From Macrostomum hystrix (taxonomy: Eukaryota > Animalia > Platyhelminthes), in assembly GCA_950097015.1 (NCBI GenBank), contig CATNEN010000038.1, positions 29,264,001-29,328,000 of the forward strand: a DNA stretch of 64,000 bases, given 5' to 3'. How positions within the stretch are numbered: the first letter of the stretch is position 1; every line of letters begins with the position of its first letter. The position numbers and the translations under genes are program-made. Of this stretch, positions 37,224-49,078 are shown piece by piece. The notes below the pieces were generated by a model, which did not search any database, was not told the DNA's origin, and worked only from the letters and a program-made list of their open reading frames with translations.

Positions 37224-38180
37224 TCACTTGATGGCGGCAGCAACCCGCAGGGCGGCAGAGCGCCTGCGCGCGAGAGACGCATCATCGGAAAAATAGCGGA
37301 AGACCGAGTCAGAACGCCAGTCGCCGAGGCAGCGAATGTCAGCGACTGAGAGGCCGCTCTGGAAGGCGGCACTGGCTCCGCCTCTGCGCAGGCTCTGGCC
37401 AGAGAAGTTTTGCTGAGCGACGCCGCACGCCGCGAGGCCTCGCTTGAGGAGACGGATGAAGGTTGCGGCAGCCAGCGGAACTCGCCTGCGGGCGCCCAGG
37501 ATGGAAAACAAAGGTTGCTGAGGCTCGAAAATGTGGTTCTCGCGCAGATGAGCGGTCAGAGCGGCGGCTGGGCAGATTGTCGGACAGTCCGAGCACCACG
37601 GAATGAAGACCCGCAGCTGGCGCTCCTTGAATTGGTTGGTTTTGGACCTCTCAATCGACAGGCATAGGCCGCCGGGGCAGGAAGTCAGCGCGCCGCGTCG
37701 CAGGCCGTGTGGCGACGGTAGCAGCTCACCCAGTCGGAGCACACCCCACCAGGCGACAAGTAGCGCTGCTTTGAAAGCCGCCAGGAGACGCGGGGGCATT
37801 GAGCGCTGGAGCGTTGGGTTGCTGCAGAGCAGGCGGAGATGGCGAGGCTGTAGGGGTTCTGCCCTTCGCGGTGGCTTGGCCAGCAGTCGTCGGGCTCCAC
37901 GGCAGACGAGCTCCAGTCGGGCGTTGTGCTTTGTAGGGTCTGGAGAGTCCGAAGTCCTATGGGCGAATGACACCGCGCTGAGGCTGGCTTGCACGCTTGA
38001 GTAGGAGGTGCGGCCTCGATCGATGAGGAACGCGACGAAGCGGCATGCGTCTGACTTCGATGCAGCAGTCGGGGGGACTCGCTGTTGACGACAGAAGTCA
38101 CTCCACGATCGCAGGTGACAAGCGTACGACTTCCGGGTGCTGGGCGCGAGTGACAGGCGGCACAGGGCGGGCACGAACAC
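37224..38180 (-). CDS. tyrosine recombinase
   Basis: SLAPSTRKSY, GVLRLGEL, RSKTNQ, CPAAAL, SGQSLRRGGA (HxxR His is Gln), GDWRSDSVFRY. Confidence 0.92.
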   Translation of the reverse strand: MFVPALCRLSLAPSTRKSYACHLRSWSDFCRQQRVPPTAASKSDACRFVAFLIDRGRTSYSSVQASLSAVSFAHRTSDSPDPTKHNARLELVCRGARRLLAKPPRRAEPLQPRHLRLLCSNPTLQRSMPPRLLAAFKAALLVAWWGVLRLGELLPSPHGLRRGALTSCPGGLCLSIERSKTNQFKERQLRVFIPWCSDCPTICPAAALTAHLRENHIFEPQQPLFSILGARRRVPLAAATFIRLLKRGLAACGVAQQNFSGQSLRRGGASAAFQSGLSVADIRCLGDWRSDSVFRYFSDDASLARRRSAALRVAAAIK

Positions 38181-39862
38181 GGCAGGACGGTCGGGAGCGC
38201 GGCTGCGACCTGTGAATGGAGGGCGGTGCGGGACGCGGCAGAAATTGTGTGGGAGAGAAATTCATTGCGACAGACAGTGAGAGAGCCATAGTGGCGGCAA
38301 AGGAAGTTAACGAGCTCCTGCTTAGAGCTGAGCATGCGAGAGGCGGGATCACTGATGAGCTGCATGCGACCGGGCAGGTGAAAAGCCTGCAGCTGGATGC
38401 CAGACTTGAGGTACAGGAGGGCCACGGACTGATAGATCTGAATGAGCTGCGGATGCCTGCAGGTCAGCTTGTTGATCATGCCGACGGCCGCGGTGCTGTC
38501 CGAGTAGATCACCACCCGGCTGTTGTTGAGCTGGTCGCAGAGCCGCAGGATGGTGAGGAGCGGAGTCAGGGCCTCCTTATAGTTGATGTGGAGGTCCTTA
38601 TACTTGGACTCGAAGTCGTGCTCCCAGCTAAAGAACACCCAGTCGTTGAGGCTGGAGCCGCTCACGATGCCAGCGGCACCTTCGCTGCTGCTATCGGCCT
38701 CGATGGCCACCAGCTGGCGGAAGCGGGGGTGAATCGGAGTGGGTGGAAGCATGCTGACAGCTTGCAGCCACCATTGCAGCAGCTCGCGAGCTTCTTGAGG
38801 TAGCCGGAGGTCTCTGCCAACGCTAATGAGGTCGAAAAGCGGGCGCAAAAGGGGGCGCAGCAACTTGTTGATTTGGCCCAGCCAGCACAGCTTCCCGACC
38901 AGTCTCTCCAGCTGCTTGATCTTGACGGTAGAACGAGTGAGGCAGTCGTTCAGCAACACCCGAGTGTTCTCGGCCTTGTCCTGTGGGAGAGTCAGCGTGC
39001 CCTCTGTCGTGTCAATTTGGACGCCGAGGAACACCACTCGCTGCGCCGGCGCGGCAGATTTGCTCCAATTGATGGTGAAGCCTAGATCTTGCAGGAGGTT
39101 CACAAGGTAGGTGTAGGCGTGGTTGGCAGTTTCCTGCGAGTCGCCAGCCACCGCCCAGTCGTCCAGGTAGTTGATGGTGGCGGAGAAACCCTGCCTCAGC
39201 ATGTGTCGCTGAATGACGGCAGAGAGGCGGTGGAAGATCTCGCACGAGGCCCGAGCACCGAAAGGCAGCCGGGTATAGATGAGCAGCGATGGGGCGCTGT
39301 CCGTGGCGAAGCGCCAGCTGAGGCCTGTCAACATCTGATCTTCCGGGTGGATGCCGACGGAACGGTAAGCCTGCTTGAGGTCCACCTTGCCGATGAAGGA
39401 GCCAGGCCGGACATGGCGCACCAGGTCCCGAACGGATGCAAACCTCAGGCCTCTTTTCTGCTCGTAGCTGTCGTTGACGGAAGAGCCCGAGGGGCTGGAG
39501 AGATCGTGAATGATCCGGACGCTTCCATCAGGTTTTGGGATCGCGCCGATGGCGTTCACCATGACGAGGCCCTTAGCGAACTGCAGCCGACCCAGGCGGA
39601 GCTCGTCAGAGAGCTGCTTTTCCACCTGCAGGGCATTGTCGATAGCGGAGCGGTAGTTGGAGGAGTGCGTGATGACGGGAGGAGGCTTGTTGACCAGGCG
39701 GAAACCGTTGTGCAGGCCGTCGCGAAGGAATTCTTCGTCCGGGTCGTTGTGCAGCAGCGCGTCCCAAGCGGTGGGGTTCATGTCGGAAGACATGGCGCGG
39801 CGCGACGGGGGGAGCGGGGCAGACGAGCAGGCAGTGGCGGGGGCGGGGGTGGCGGGGAGCAA
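37685..39862 (-). CDS. DIRS-type reverse transcriptase / RNase H
   Basis: RIIHDLS.P..SVND, KVDLKQAYR, LPFG, YLDD, FLGV; RH ADSS, HINYKE, YSDS, DPASR. The C-terminal part overlaps the YR ORF. Confidence 0.92.
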   Translation of the reverse strand: MLPATPAPATACSSAPLPPSRRAMSSDMNPTAWDALLHNDPDEEFLRDGLHNGFRLVNKPPPVITHSSNYRSAIDNALQVEKQLSDELRLGRLQFAKGLVMVNAIGAIPKPDGSVRIIHDLSSPSGSSVNDSYEQKRGLRFASVRDLVRHVRPGSFIGKVDLKQAYRSVGIHPEDQMLTGLSWRFATDSAPSLLIYTRLPFGARASCEIFHRLSAVIQRHMLRQGFSATINYLDDWAVAGDSQETANHAYTYLVNLLQDLGFTINWSKSAAPAQRVVFLGVQIDTTEGTLTLPQDKAENTRVLLNDCLTRSTVKIKQLERLVGKLCWLGQINKLLRPLLRPLFDLISVGRDLRLPQEARELLQWWLQAVSMLPPTPIHPRFRQLVAIEADSSSEGAAGIVSGSSLNDWVFFSWEHDFESKYKDLHINYKEALTPLLTILRLCDQLNNSRVVIYSDSTAAVGMINKLTCRHPQLIQIYQSVALLYLKSGIQLQAFHLPGRMQLISDPASRMLSSKQELVNFLCRHYGSLTVCRNEFLSHTISAASRTALHSQVAAALPTVLPCSCPPCAACHSRPAPGSRTLVTCDRGVTSVVNSESPRLLHRSQTHAASSRSSSIEAAPPTQACKPASARCHSPIGLRTLQTLQSTTPDWSSSAVEPDDCWPSHREGQNPYSLAISACSAATQRSSAQCPRVSWRLSKQRYLSPGGVCSDWVSCYRRHTACDAAR

Positions 39863-39915
39863 GCGATGGGGCGAAGGAAACTGGGAATTAAAAGCAGGGT
39901 GGCTATAAAATAAAT

Positions 39916-40100
39916 TTAGTTTTTTGCTCCCTCCGCCGCATCGCCAGTCGGTCGGTGCTGATGGGCGGGGTGCGGCTTGCCACAGCCGGCGATTTTGCAG
40001 ACGTGCCGGTACCTGCAGTTGGACCGCTGGCAGCCGGCCGGAGAGTTAAAGCTCAGGCGGATGGGTGGCGCCTGCTGGTGCGAGGTGCCTTGGCGATTCA
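39916..40100 (-). CDS. gag C-terminal fragment
   Basis: FNSPAGCQRSNCRYRHVCKIAGCGKPHPAHQH, the Cys/His finger typical of YR-retrotransposon gag. Confidence 0.75.
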
Positions 40101-40451
40101 GCGTAACCTTTAGGTTGCGAGGTGCGTTGAGGTGGCGATGGTAAAGCTGATAGAAGATAGTAGAGGAAAGATGATAGCAGCCCTGCACCTGTTAAGCTTG
40201 TTGGCCATTCGGCATCGCGTACTCGGAGACACCAGGACTCAAATGCAGTTGCAATGTATCCTTGACACCCACGGCTCTATACAAAATGCAGACAAGCAAC
40301 AACATTCAGTGCACCGTTGAAGCATCGATCAAGGAGAGACTGGGTCTCCTGGTGTTAAAATTCAGACCTGACCTTCAGCAATGCAGCATCTTCCGCTACC
40401 AGTCCGTGTGTCGCCAGCTTCTCTCCGGTGTGAGCAGCGACTGCTCGCGAA

Positions 40452-40517
40452 GTCGGTCAACGGAGGCCCCCTTCCCGAGGGGACCGATGTCGCAGCTTTA
40501 CTGCGCAAAGTGCCTCC
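40452..40517 (+). ncRNA. HDV-like (CPEB3-type) ribozyme at the exact 5' end of the Ingi-like element
   Basis: P1 GUCGGUC/GACCGAU (G1-U); P2 GGAGGC/GCCUCC; P3 CCC/GGG; L3 UUCCCGA; J1/4 GU; P4 CGCAG/CUGCG; J4/2 CAAA (C40506). G1 is the first base after the TSD. Confidence 0.85.
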
Positions 40518-40590
40518 ACCCACCGGATGCCGCCTCGGCGCCCGCACCCAGACCTTCGGGTTTTCGGGTGGGCAGCAGACCAACCCCGAC

Positions 40591-42021
40591 TTGACTTGAC
40601 TTAGCTGCAGGGGGCATCTTCCGGATGCAGCGGGGAGGCGTTGCCGCCCATTCCGCTAGCCCCTGGCGACCACGGGCAACTAGAGCTGCGGTGTCGCGCA
40701 GGGGGATCCGGTGGTGCCGGCGTCCGCAGCGCGGTCCTCCTCCGGAGTGTCCAGGAGGTGGAGGGTTGCTCGCCCGGTGGCCCTCAGGTATCGGACGAGC
40801 TGGCAGATGTTCTCAGGCCTGAAAACGTCGGGGAGATCCGGGTTTGGGCCGAGATAGGTGAGCCGGTCCTGAGTGAAGGCGGGGCAGTCGCAAATAAAAT
40901 GCTCTGCATCCTCAACATAGGAGAGGCAGAAGGGGCATTCCTCACTGCGGATTTTGCCTTGCAGGAAGCGGTGCCTGGCGAAACAGCCATGGCCAGAGAG
41001 GGCCATGGTGACTGCCCTGATGTCCTTGCGGTTCAGTCCAAGCAAGGCTTTGCGAAGGGCAGTGGAGGGACAAGGGACAGCAGCGCGAGACTGCCGACAA
41101 TCGGCGGTATTGATCCATCTGTCCTTGTGCTTTGAGGTCACCCACTGGTTAATCCGAGTGTTGACGACGGCGGTAGGGGTGGAGACCGCAGGCACGGGGC
41201 CAAAAAGCGAACCCGTCGAACCGGCCTTGGCGAGGCTGTCGGCCAATTCGTTACCAGGGTGGCCAGAGTGCCCTGGAATCCACCTTAGGGACACCTTGTT
41301 GTGGGTCCCTAAGCGGTTGAGTTGCGCGACGCAGTCAAGGACTGTGCGCGAGCAGGTGTGCGTGCGTCCAAGGGCATGGATCGCCGCCTGGCTGTCCGAG
41401 TGGAGGAAGATTTCTGCTCCATGGACGTTTTGGTAGATCAGCTCCAGGGCGCAGGAGCTGATGGCCAGAACTTCGTTCTGGAAAACAGTAGAGTTTATGC
41501 CGGTGTGCTGGGAGAAGGTCGCCACAGTTTTCCCTCCGGACATAATGCAGTAGCCGAAACCAGAGACCGAGTTGATTTGCGATCCGTCGGTGAAGCAGTG
41601 AATTTCACGGGGTTGGCCGTGGTCACGTACTTCCTGGCGAGGCGGAATGCTGGTTTTGAATTTTTGCGGTGGGCACAGCGTCGACGGGATTCCGTCGGAG
41701 AGAATTTTGAGACCTCCTGCTGCGTCCAGGTCCCGTAGGCTGAGGTCGCCATGGGGCTGGAGGTTCCGCTTGCTGAAGGCAAGTTGCTTCCGGATGGAGA
41801 TACCCGCGTCCAGAAGACGACGAGCCGTCTTCATCGCCTCCCCCTTGATAAAAAGATCTAAAGGGGGAAGGTCCAGGAAGGCATTCATGCCAGCGAAGGG
41901 AGTGGAGGGTGCCGCACTCATGATGGCTCGACAAGCACGGCCCTGCACCTTGTTTAGGGCCTCCAGGACCCCTTTGGTCTCCAGGGCACTATTCCAGATG
42001 AAGCCGGCAAAAGAGATGGCC
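40591..42021 (-). mobile_element. 5'-truncated RNase H-bearing LINE (Loa/Lian-like, I group) inserted antisense in the Ingi leader
   Basis: 15-bp TSD CAGACCAACCCCGAC at 40576-40590 and 42022-42036; (AAGTC)n tail; FTDGS, FQNE, SDSQAA, WIPGH..GNELAD, CPFC..EHFICDC; stop at 40680. Confidence 0.9.
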
Positions 42022-42036
42022 CAGACCAACCCCGAC

Positions 42037-45000
42037 GAATATCGCTGCCGTCTTCTACTGTCGGGGGACATTGAGCAAAATCCCGGACCTTCTCAAGCCG
42101 ACATCCGCATCCTGCAATGGAACCTCAACGGCCTACGGATGCGGCGCCCGGCTCTCGAACATCTTCTAGAGGAGCTTCAAGTGGACGTGGCAGTCCTTCA
42201 GGAAACAAATCTGACAGCGCAAGATCACACCCCTAAGATAGCAGGCTTCTCTGCACACCGGCGGGACCGTGCCGTTCACAGGGGGGCAGCAGGCCATCAC
42301 GGCGGGCTCCTCACCTTAGTCAGGCACGGGCTTGCCCACGAAGTGGCCCAGGGGGCCTTGGGAGTCCCAGAGACCGCAGCGCTGGAGCACCTCACGATCC
42401 GGCTCCTCGGCAACAAGAAACGCCCTCTCTACATCAGTAACGTCTACGACCGCCGGTCCGCTCTTCGGCAAGAGACGAGCGGGACGGCAGGCTGCATACC
42501 GACATGTGGCCAACAGAAAGCAACTGGCTGCTGCTCGGAGATCTGAATGCGCACGGCAGTTGGGACGAGCTAAGAGACCCAGACGCAATAGGCGAAGAGC
42601 TCGAAGACTGGATGACCAACCACAGCTGGACGACCTTGAACGACGGAAGTCCGACGCGTGTAAGCCCAGGAGGAGCCGAGTCGACCCCGGACGTTTCGCT
42701 GTGTCACGCAGAGATGTCCAGCCGTGTCAGCTGGGACGTCAAAGACACCATGGGGTCAGATCACCTACCAATTCTACTGACAGTGGCCTTCACGCAACCG
42801 AAAGGCAGCCGCAAACCCGCCCAGTACAACCTCAAACGTGCGGAACTGGCCGCTATTCGCCGGAAAGGCCGATGAGCAACTCCGTCACTGGTCGGCCGAT
42901 GCTTTCGGATCGATAGAGGCCGCCAACAGCGAGTTCTGCAGACGCATTCTCTCCGCTGCCAGCTGCATCCCGCGAGGGAGTGTCAAGAAGCCCAAGAGCT
43001 GGTGGAATGACAGCTGTCGAGCCACACAACGGGCCACGCGTGAGACGCTAGCAGACTCCAGGGCTGCCCAGGGAGATGAGGACGCAGCGGCGGCTTACCG
43101 CACTGCTCGCGAGAATGCGGATCGCGTCTACAGTCAGGCCAAGGCCGCAGCCTGGCGGCAATTCGTCTCCGGCTTATCCACCCGCGCACCTGAATCCAAG
43201 GTGTGGCGGACAATCCGGGCGCTGGATGGTAGGGCCCGGCAGCCGCTCCCGGACACGCCGCTACGGCAGGGCGAAAAGACAGCAACCACGGACAGGGAAA
43301 AAGCGGACCTGGCGATTAAAACCTACGCGGCAGTCAGCCGGCTCAGAGTCCCGAAAGCAGACCAACAAGGAGCCAGACTCGAGGTCCGTAGAGCGCTCGG
43401 AACATGCAGCAAAGACCCACGCAAGGCCCCATTTCACATGGCGGAACTGGCGGACGTCCTCCGGAGCTCCGCAGGCTCCGCCCCTGGAAAGGATGGCATC
43501 CTCCCAGCATTTCTGCAGAAACTACAAGACGAAGGCCGGCGGGCGCTTTTGACTCTGTTGAACAGGAGCTGGCGAGAGGGGAGAGTCCCCTCAGCGTGGC
43601 GCACGGCCATCATTTGTCCAATCGCTAAGAAAGACAAGCCGACCCACGACCCAGCCTCCTACCGCCCAGTCTCTCTGCTGAGCTGTGTAGGCAAGACCCT
43701 CGAGGCCATGGTCAACAATCGCATGAATGTCTGGGCCGAAGAGAACGGCCTGATCCCCGATGAACAGTCAGGCTTCCGAGCGGGTCGTAGCACCCTCGAC
43801 GCCATGGCCCAGCTGGCTCAACCAGCATTCGACTCTCTTCAGACACGGCCAATGACAAGGACCTTGCTTGCCGCGTTCGACTTTCAAGCGGCGTTCGATC
43901 GCACTTGGCGCCTAGGGGTCCTGCGTGAGCTCGCTCGGGCCAGAGCACCGGCCGGCTGGATGCGGTGGCTTCGCTCGTTTCTGGCTGACCGGCGCGCCTG
44001 CGTCCGCTGGGGAACACAATTCAGTCGACTCCGAGTCCTAAAAGAAGGCGTACCGCAAGGCAGTCCACTCTCGCCTCTGCTCTTCAACATCGCCACTCGG
44101 ACCCTGCCCGGGGCCATTCAGCAGGCGGCACCCAAGTGTAGGCCCATCCAATACGCGGAAGACCTCACTGTGAAGATATCAGACGCCTCCCCGGTGACGG
44201 CTACAGTGCAGATGCAGGCCGCGATCGACGCGGTGAGCGGCTGGTGCGAGGAACACCACTTCAAGCTGGCGCCGGCGAAGACTGAAGCCATCCTTATCAG
44301 TACCCACCCGGCTGAGCTCAACGGTAAGTTCGGCGGCACTCTGCAAGCCGGCGGACACACCGTCTCCTGCTTGCGCGAGATCAAGGTCCTGAGAGTAACG
44401 ATCGACTCGCAGCTCAATTTCGCTGAACAAGCAAAGAAGTCTCTCGCGGCGCTGCACAGGAGGCTCGCGGCTCTCCGCTGCGTTGTCGCGAGATCCTGGG
44501 GTGCGAGCTTTGAGACTCTACACCGCCTCTACTGCAGTTACGTTCGTCCGGCAGGGCTATACGGGGCTGAACTTTGGTGGCCGTTCCTGGCCCCCACCCA
44601 CCGCGAACGTCTCGAATCCGCCAACTATGCCGCTGCTAGGATCATCACAGGGGTCGGCGCCGGAGCCCGGGCCCGCGCCCTAATCTGCGACGCCGGCCTC
44701 CAGCCGTTCAACACCATCTGCCGGCAGAGGGCCGCGGAGCTGCTCCTGCGCTGCCAGCAGTTCCCTGAAGGGCATCTACTCCGCGATCTGGCCGGCCCGT
44801 CCGCCACCCGCACCAGACTCAAGGCGAGGACCGCAGGCACCCGAAGCTCTTGGCGCGAGTCGGCCATCGAGATACTGAGCACTGTGGAAGGAGGCCGCGA
44901 TCGGGTGGAAGGCCGTATTCCCCCCACCTGCTTTCGTCGCCCCTGGTCCCGCAGTCTCCCGACCCGCTTCGTCCGTGTCGAAACCAGCCGCGACGAGGCA

Positions 45001-45926
45001 CCACTTGTTCGGAGGACAAGAACCCTGGAGCTGCTAGACCGCCTGAGGCAGGAAGACCCACCAGACCTGCAGATCTGGACCGACGGCGCAGCAGAGGAAG
45101 GCATCCGTAATGGAGGAGGCGGCTACCTGATTCGGCAGCGGGCCCCAGGGAGCCGGGACATCAGAGGCAGTGTCCCAGCGGGGCACCTAACCTGCTCAAC
45201 GACCGCGGAGGCCGCTGCGGCCGCAGCTGGTCTCGAGGCGGCCCTGGCCAATCTCCACGGACGCCTCAGCATGGCCGTCTGGCTGCTGTTCGACTCCCAA
45301 GCGCTCTTCGACCGGCTCCAGTCACAGCGTAAATGCCAGACAGACCACGCAACTGCACAGGCGTCCATTCTGCTGGAGCAGCTCGCCACGGACCACCGGC
45401 CCACTGTAATCTGGGTACCGGGCCACGCCGGGCTGGCGCTCAATGAGGAAGCCGACATTCTGGCTCGCGGGGGCTGCTCGCTCCCGCAAGAGAACATGCC
45501 AACACCGGTCGCGGCGCTCAGAGCTGCTCTCATGCGGCAAGGTCAAGCGGAAGATGACCGAGCCTACAAAGACCTAGTCCCTCTGGACCACCCACACCGA
45601 CTCAGCGGCGACAAAAACGGCTGCAGGTCGGCCGTGCCTGGCCTCGTGCGGCGGAGGTGGCGCTGTTCCAACTCAGGGCGAACCGCGCGCCTTTCCTACA
45701 AGCCACTCTACACCGCTGGGGCAAGGTACCCGCTGCGTCTTGCCCTCACTGCAACGCTCCCGAGGAGGACACGCGGCACTTCCTGCTTGAATGCCCCAGG
45801 TGGGCCGATCAACGCCGCAACCTCCTCCATTCTGCTGGCTCAATGTCCCTCCTGTGGGAGGACCCGAATCGGGTGCGGATCTTCGTCGAGGCGACGGGCG
45901 CGCTGGCGCGCCCCCCATATGCCTAG
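42037..45926 (+). pseudogene. Ingi-like polyprotein: 2A, APE, RT, RNase H, CCHC; frameshifts at ~42447, ~42843 and ~45620
   Basis: [59 protein letters not shown] (for YADD), WTDG, WVPGH..NEEAD, CPHC..RHFLLEC. Confidence 0.9.
42052..42090 (+). other. 2A (StopGo) ribosome-skipping peptide
   Basis: [13 protein letters not shown] matches the D(V/I)ExNPGP consensus and lies directly before APE. Confidence 0.88.
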
Positions 45927-46271
45927 CGAGGGATCCGTACGCCAACAACAACAACAACTGCTCGCGAACGTTTGGGTCGGAGGCGAGATGGCAAAATTAG
46001 CTTTTTTAGACTGACGAAACAATTACCCGCATCAATTCCAAGAGTGTCCAATGGTCGGACGATGGCGCAGTTTTCAATGTTGTGGACTCGTATTTGGCAA
46101 TCAAATACAGCGACATCACTTTCAGTACTGGTATGACAGTACTTTTCAGGATTAAGCGAGTGCCACAGGTGAGGAGGGGAGTGGGTCAGCGGCTAGTGTC
46201 GCTGCCTGACTTTGCAATGGTCGCTGGATCGTTTTCGAATGATTAAATTAATTCTATAGCATCGGCTGATA

Positions 46272-46889
46272 ACTTGGAGTAGTCTATGGATTCTTGGAGT
46301 AGTCTATGGATGCTTGGAGTAGTCTATGGATGCTTGGAGTAGTCTATGGATGCTTGGAGTAGTCTATGGATGCTTGGAGTAGTCTATGGATGCTTGGAGT
46401 AGTCTATGGATGCTTGGAGTAGTCTATGGATGCTTGGAGTAGTCTATGGATGCTTGGAGTAGTCTATGGATTCTTGGAGTAGTCTATGGATGCTTGGAGT
46501 AGTCTATGGATGCTTGGAGTAGTCTATGGATGCTTGGAGTAGTCTATGGATGCTTGGAGTAGTCTATGGATGCTTGGAGTAGTCTATGGATTCTTGGAGT
46601 AGTCTATGGATGCTTGGAGTAGTCTATGGATTCTTGGAGTAGTCTATGGATGCTTGGAGTAGTCTATGGATGCTTGGAGTAGTCTATGGATGCTTGGAGT
46701 AGTCTATGGATTCTTGGAGTAGTCTATGGATTCTTGGAGTAGTCTATGGATTCTTGGAGTAGTCTATGGATTCTTGGAGTAGTCTATGGATGCTTGGAGT
46801 AGTCTATGGATGCTTGGAGTAGTCTATGGATGCTTGGAGTAGTCTATGGATGCTTGGAGTAGTCTATGGATGCTTGGAGTAGTCTATGG
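46272..46889. repeat. 20-bp minisatellite
   Basis: TGCTTGGAGTAGTCTATGGA. Confidence 0.97.
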
Positions 46890-47373
46890 GTTAGAGATGA
46901 GATAAGACACGGGAGAGATGAGGTAGGGGGAGAGAGGAGATGAGGAGAGAGATGAGACGGGGAGAGGTGTGACAAGGGAGAGATGAGACGGGGGAGAGAT
47001 GAGGCACGGGAGAGAACTTTGGTCAAGAATGTAAAACAATGTACTTTAAATTTGTGCATTTTATGTTTGAGACATCTCCAACGATAAACAAGATCGCCAT
47101 GCGATCGCTAATTGGACCTGAATTGAGTGCGCCGTTTAAAATTCTGTTGATGCAAGCTGTGTAAGCCAATCTTCACGAAATTTACCGTGAATTGTTACAA
47201 AATAGGCAATTAGCATTTCCGTCGTGCACCTGCCTACATCAGTCCACTTAATTGGTGTTTGATAACGCTCTTGAAAACAGCACAGGAATCCCCGTAGAAT
47301 AGCTGCAATCGCTCAGAAAAAAAATTTCCACTTCTATGTAAAAAATGAGAAACAGTGCAGCTACCCCGGTGAC

Positions 47374-47439
47374 CAACTAACTAACTAACTAACTGACTAA
47401 CTGACTAACTGACTAACTGACTAACTAACTAACTAACTG

Positions 47440-47470
<31 letters not shown>

Positions 47471-47555
47471 GACTAGCTAACTGACTGACTAACTGACTAA
47501 CTAACTGACTAGCTAACTGACTAACTAACCAACTGACTAAATAACTAACTGACTG

Positions 47556-47587
<32 letters not shown>

Positions 47588-47647
47588 GCTGACTAACTGA
47601 CTAACTAACTGACTAACTAACCAACTGACTAAATAACTAACTGACTG

Positions 47648-47679
<32 letters not shown>

Positions 47680-47711
47680 GCTGACTAACTGACTAACTAA
47701 CTGACTAACTG

Positions 47712-47746
<35 letters not shown>

Positions 47747-47803
47747 GACTAGCTAACTGACTGACTAACTGACTAACTAACTAACTAACTAGCTGACTAA
47801 CTG

Positions 47804-47834
<31 letters not shown>

Positions 47835-47883
47835 GACTAACTAACTGACTAACTAACTGACTAACTAACTAACTAACTAACTG

Positions 47884-47918
<35 letters not shown>

Positions 47919-48696
47919 GACTAGCTAACTGACTGAGTAACTGACTAACTAACTGACTAGCTAACTGACTGACTAACTGACTAACTAACTAACTGACTGA
48001 CTAACTAACTAACTAACTAACTAACTAGCTGACTAACTGACTAACTAACTAACTGACTAACTAGCTGACTAACTGACTAACTAACTAACTAACTAACTGA
48101 CTGACTAACTAACTAACTAACTGACTAACTAACTGACTAACTAACTAACTGACTGACTAACTAACTGACTAACTGACTAACTAACTAACTAACTGACTAA
48201 CTAACTGACTAACTAACTGACTAACTAACTGACTAACTAACTAACTGACTGACTAACTAACTAACTAACTAACTAACTAGCTGACTAACTGACTAACTAA
48301 CTAACTGACTAACTAACTAGCTGACTAACTGACTAACTAACTAACTAACTAACTAACTGACTAACTAACTGACTAACTAACTAACTGACTGACTAACTAA
48401 CTAACTAACTAACTAGCTGACTAACTGACTAACTAACTAACTAACTAACTGACTGACTAACTAACTAACTAACTGACTAACTAACTAACTAACTAACTGA
48501 CTAACTAACTCGCTGACTAACTGACTAACTAACTAACTGACTAACTAACTGACTAACTAACTAACTGACTAACTAACTGACTAACTAACTAACTGACTAA
48601 CTAACTAGCTGACTAACTGACTAACTAACTAACTGACTAACTAACTGACTAACTGACTAACTGACTAACTAACTGACTAACTAACTAACTAACTAA
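47374..48696. repeat. (CTAA/CTGA)n microsatellite
   Basis: Direct reading of the sequence. Confidence 0.97.
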
Positions 48697-49078
48697 GATT
48701 GAAGATGGCGAAAGGAGCAAAGCAAGAAAAAATTGATACAATTCTTTCGATTCCGAATTTATTACGATGCAACTTTTAGACGAAAGACACAAACGACATC
48801 AGGTTAAAGTTTAAATAAATGTCAACAGACAAACAAATTAAATTATTTGCAATTGTCTAAATGATAAGTAATATTTTTGGTTAACAAACAACTTGATAAC
48901 ATATCGAACACAGAACTCAAACAAACAGGAAAAGCAAAATATTTGTTTTCGTTTTAGTTTGAACTTTCTGTTTTTTAATCTGGACGGTACAAATTGCCAC
49001 TGCGTGAAAATGTGGCGTAGTTTTGTTTGCTAAATCTATTTTCGAATCGAACTGTCGCAATTCATTCTCCTTTATTCG

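Larger units (their letters stand above)
36750..40100 (-). mobile_element. tyrosine-recombinase retrotransposon (DIRS order, Ngaro-like), 5'-truncated in gag; boundaries approximate
   Basis: Gag Cys/His finger, RT/RH and an overlapping YR ORF; no methyltransferase domain visible. Confidence 0.88.
40452..45956 (+). mobile_element. full-length Ingi-like non-LTR retrotransposon (2A-APE-RT-RNase H-CCHC, (CAA)n tail)
   Basis: 12-bp TSD ACTGCTCGCGAA at 40440-40451 and 45957-45968; single-ORF domain order; interrupted at 40591-42021. Confidence 0.9.

Noticed and set aside
40381-40451. ATG at 40381 in frame with the Ingi leader
   Set aside because: It lies outside the TSD-defined element and upstream of the predicted cleavage site, so it is flanking sequence.
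41647-42071. ORF-track starts of 41647..42546(+) and 40680..42071(-)
   Set aside because: Both are chimeric read-throughs across the Loa/Ingi junction.
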